Source of the DNA: the human T2T-CHM13v2.0 reference genome, Homo sapiens
Reading direction: 5' to 3' (one strand)
Assembly (NCBI RefSeq): GCF_009914755.1
Contig: NC_060942.1
DNA length: 64,000 nt
Shown here: positions 61,106 through 64,000 of the stretch, piece after piece
Layout: every line of letters starts with the position of its first letter
How positions within the stretch are numbered: position 1 is the stretch's first letter
The notes under the pieces: model-generated
Databases searched by the model: none
What the model was told of the DNA's origin: nothing
What the model saw: the letters and a program-made list of their open reading frames with translations, nothing else
Made by a program: the position numbers and the translations under genes

Positions 61106-62663
61106 AGCTGACTGCCACAACTAGCAATCTGTTGGCTTTTGTGGCCTTAACAGCACTCTCCGGGATGTACATGGGCCCAGCTGTTGAGGTTTGGTTCAGA
61201 AGGCCTGGTGTGGAGTCTGGGAATATTTATTTTTGGAAAGCTTTCCTAGTAATTTTCCAGTGAATGTTTAGGTATGGGCCAGTGATGTTAATGAGGCCAA
61301 AGTTTTATGATTCGCTGGCAGAATCTAGCCATCTAGGTAAATTTGTCTCACATGTAACATTTGATGTTCTGAGCTACTTCAACATTATCATCTGACAGCT
61401 ATCACAGACACTACATGACAAAAGTATCCTAAGCCAAGAGGTAATTTGCAAAACCCACCGGAAGCTTCTTTAGTATTTCTTCCTCCTGTATTTCCTCAAA
61501 TCTATAGTTATTGTTCTTCTTAAACCAGCTTTGGAACTTGACTGCAGAATATTTGGTGATTTACTTCCATTCCAGCCTCAGCCCCCCAGCCTCTGGTTTC
61601 CATTCTGCCTATGGAAACCACGGTCTGGAAATGGAAGCCTGGCTCAGTGTTTGGTTCCCTACTTAGCACTTGCCCTCTTTTTCATTTCAAACTGGGATCC
61701 TGATTTGGTTTTGTTGCTTGTGGATCCAAGATCTTCCAGGTGCAACTCAGTCATCTGTGGCTGGTCTAAGCCTTTTTGGCAATCCTGATTTGTTTTCCTT
61801 CACCAGCGGCTGCTTCAGAGGGAGAACATAGGTCCAGTTCTCACCAATGTGATGTGAAGGGAAATCTGTTGAGGACTGCGGGAATATTTTTGTCTTCCTT
61901 TCTAAAACGGGCTTAGAAGAAGTTCCTTTTTTTCCCCATTCTCTTTCTGCCAGGGATGGCTGTAGATGAAGATGTAATGAGCAGAGCTGCAGAAGTTATC
62001 TGGTGACAATATATTATATGTTACTGACATTTTGAACAAAGCAGAAAAGACTGAAAGGATTTTGAGTCTTTGATGACACCCTTAAGCTGCTGCTCTAAAC
62101 CTAGAATTTCCTAACTTCAATTTTTTTATATGTGAGAGATTTAAATGCTTTCACTATTAAAGCCAATGTTAATTAAGCATTCTGTACTTGCAAGCAAAAG
62201 CATCTCTAACTGACATAAACTTTCTTCTCAATAAAGACTTTTCCATCTACTCCTGTCCACATTTTCTTTCTTTCAAGTTCCTGATTGTCTCTATTACATA
62301 TTTGGTACTTATGCCTTGCCAACTATTTCACATATATACATCTTGCCTCTCTAATGGTTTGTAAATGTTTTGTTAGCGGGAAACAGCCTGTTTTTTATTG
62401 TAAGTGTTCCACACAATGACTTTCTCAGGATGGAACAATTAAGATTGTGTTGAATACCTGAATGATGTTCATCCTACAAAGTTAATCATTTCAAGGCCAA
62501 CTGTTAAAATCAGTACTTGCCCAAGTTGACAGCATCCGAAACCAGCTGAAAGCAGCCTTCTTGCTATTTTGAAGATCTACGAGTTAACAGGACCTGGACA
62601 CTGAGATATACAGTGAAGTTTCTATGAAGGAAAGACTAATACCCTTTGGATAAGGTAGAGTTC

Positions 62664-62714
62664 ACTTCATGTATTTGTACCTTTTAAACTTGACTTCATG
62701 TATTTGTACCTTTT
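62664..62714 (+). repeat. 22-bp near-tandem duplication
   Basis: ACTTCATGTATTTGTACCTTTT twice with a 7-nt spacer. Confidence 0.85.
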
Positions 62715-64000
62715 CACCTCATAGTTGCATGTCTTTAATGACATCTTTGGTCTGTGAATATTTGAAACATTAACATAATTATCTATCTTAACATATTGTA
62801 TTTACCACCTGCTGGGGATGAAACATTGAAACTATCACTAGTAGCTCATTAACAATAACACTAGTCCCTCATTAACAGTGTTGACCCAATTACGTGTTGT
62901 ACATCCCAGAGACAAATAACTGTAATTGCAACTCAGAAGTGATTTCATAAACACAAAGATTCTTTTTTTGAAATGCAAATTGGAACGCATTATTTGAATT
63001 TTCCACATAAATACAGGTTTAAATGAAACAAAGTCATTCAACCAAATAAAATAAAAATTCAATCTAAAGAGAGGCCATTTGGAATCAATTGGTACAGAGC
63101 ACATTCTGCTTTGAAGGATCAAAACACTGTCATTGCTGGGTGCAGAAATTAAACAAGTTCGCAACAATGAATGCCAGACATCTGGTAAGTGAGATCTACC
63201 CTGGCTATCAGCAGGTAGTGATTTTCTTTTGGACTCATTCAGAGTATTGTCTGTTGCCTGGACAATGGAAGTCTGATGAAGCATTAATATAATCTGCCTG
63301 CAGGTCTTAAATAAGCTTCATTGAAAAGATGGAAAACTGGAGAGATTTGTGTGGTAAAAAAATTAATTGTGCATATACACGCACACATACACACACACAT
63401 AAATAACAATGCCTCCACCATCATGTAGAAAAGATCTGTATAAACAGAAGCAAATACAGCGTGATATATTTGCAGAGGTAGGGAATGTTCTTTTACCGAG
63501 ACAATTACTATGATAAAAATTAGGCAAAGTTAGCCCAGGGAAACTGGGAAGAGACAGCTCTGAGAAAGAAAACCTGTGCTGAAGTCAAGATGTTAAAAGC
63601 AGAGACATTTCTTCAATATGAGCAGACTGCTCCACAGCCGTTTTTTCTGTTGAGGGAAAATTACTGCTGCAGGAATGGGGCCGAGGGATGGAGAAGGAAG
63701 AAAAACAGAGGGGAGAATGAAACTGAAATTTACTACCTAGAAAACCAGCTTCTAGGATTTCATGGGATGTCTCAGTTCAACAAACATTCGGGGCGGTGGT
63801 GGTGCCTGTTCTTATTCTCTTACTTAATGAGGCAATGTGTTGATAAAATGCTGTGTTTACCATTTAAAACATTAAAATAGCCAAGCACATACTGAGTGCC
63901 AGAAATCTCCCAGGCATTGTTATGATTGCTGGAGGAGGGATCCTAAGGATGAACACCCGTCTCTCTCATGCGTTAATATCAAATAGTGAAGATAGCCCTA

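Overview
Primate (hominid-type: AluY, L1PA2) non-coding genomic DNA with no recognisable host protein-coding exon; almost all listed ORFs are retroelement-derived or chance. 4.8-19.3 kb is a nested stack: a MER54-like ERVL LTR interrupted by an MLT2A solo LTR and by a two-LTR HERV-Fb/HERVH48-like provirus (MER48-type LTRs, tRNA-Phe PBS, decayed gag-pro-pol, SU-deleted env with an ERV3-like TM). The provirus's pol carries an antisense full-length L1PA4/5 with a ~385-bp 3' transduction, and that L1 carries an AluY. A full-length L1PA2-like element (49.6-55.7 kb, intact ORF0) lies in the opposite orientation. The two L1s share an identical 48-bp RT-domain patch with non-consensus bases, suggesting ectopic gene conversion across ~41 kb between inversion-prone inverted repeats. 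Also seen: three short local duplications 0.9-2.2 kb apart (one headed by a perfect 34-bp hairpin with templated filler), a GA>AA bias at proviral catalytic residues, a twin-primed 5'-inverted L1MA, and a tail-less internal L1 fragment. Subfamily names come from recalled consensus sequences and need RepeatMasker/Dfam confirmation. I found no evidence of a new gene system; the novelty is in mutational and recombination history.
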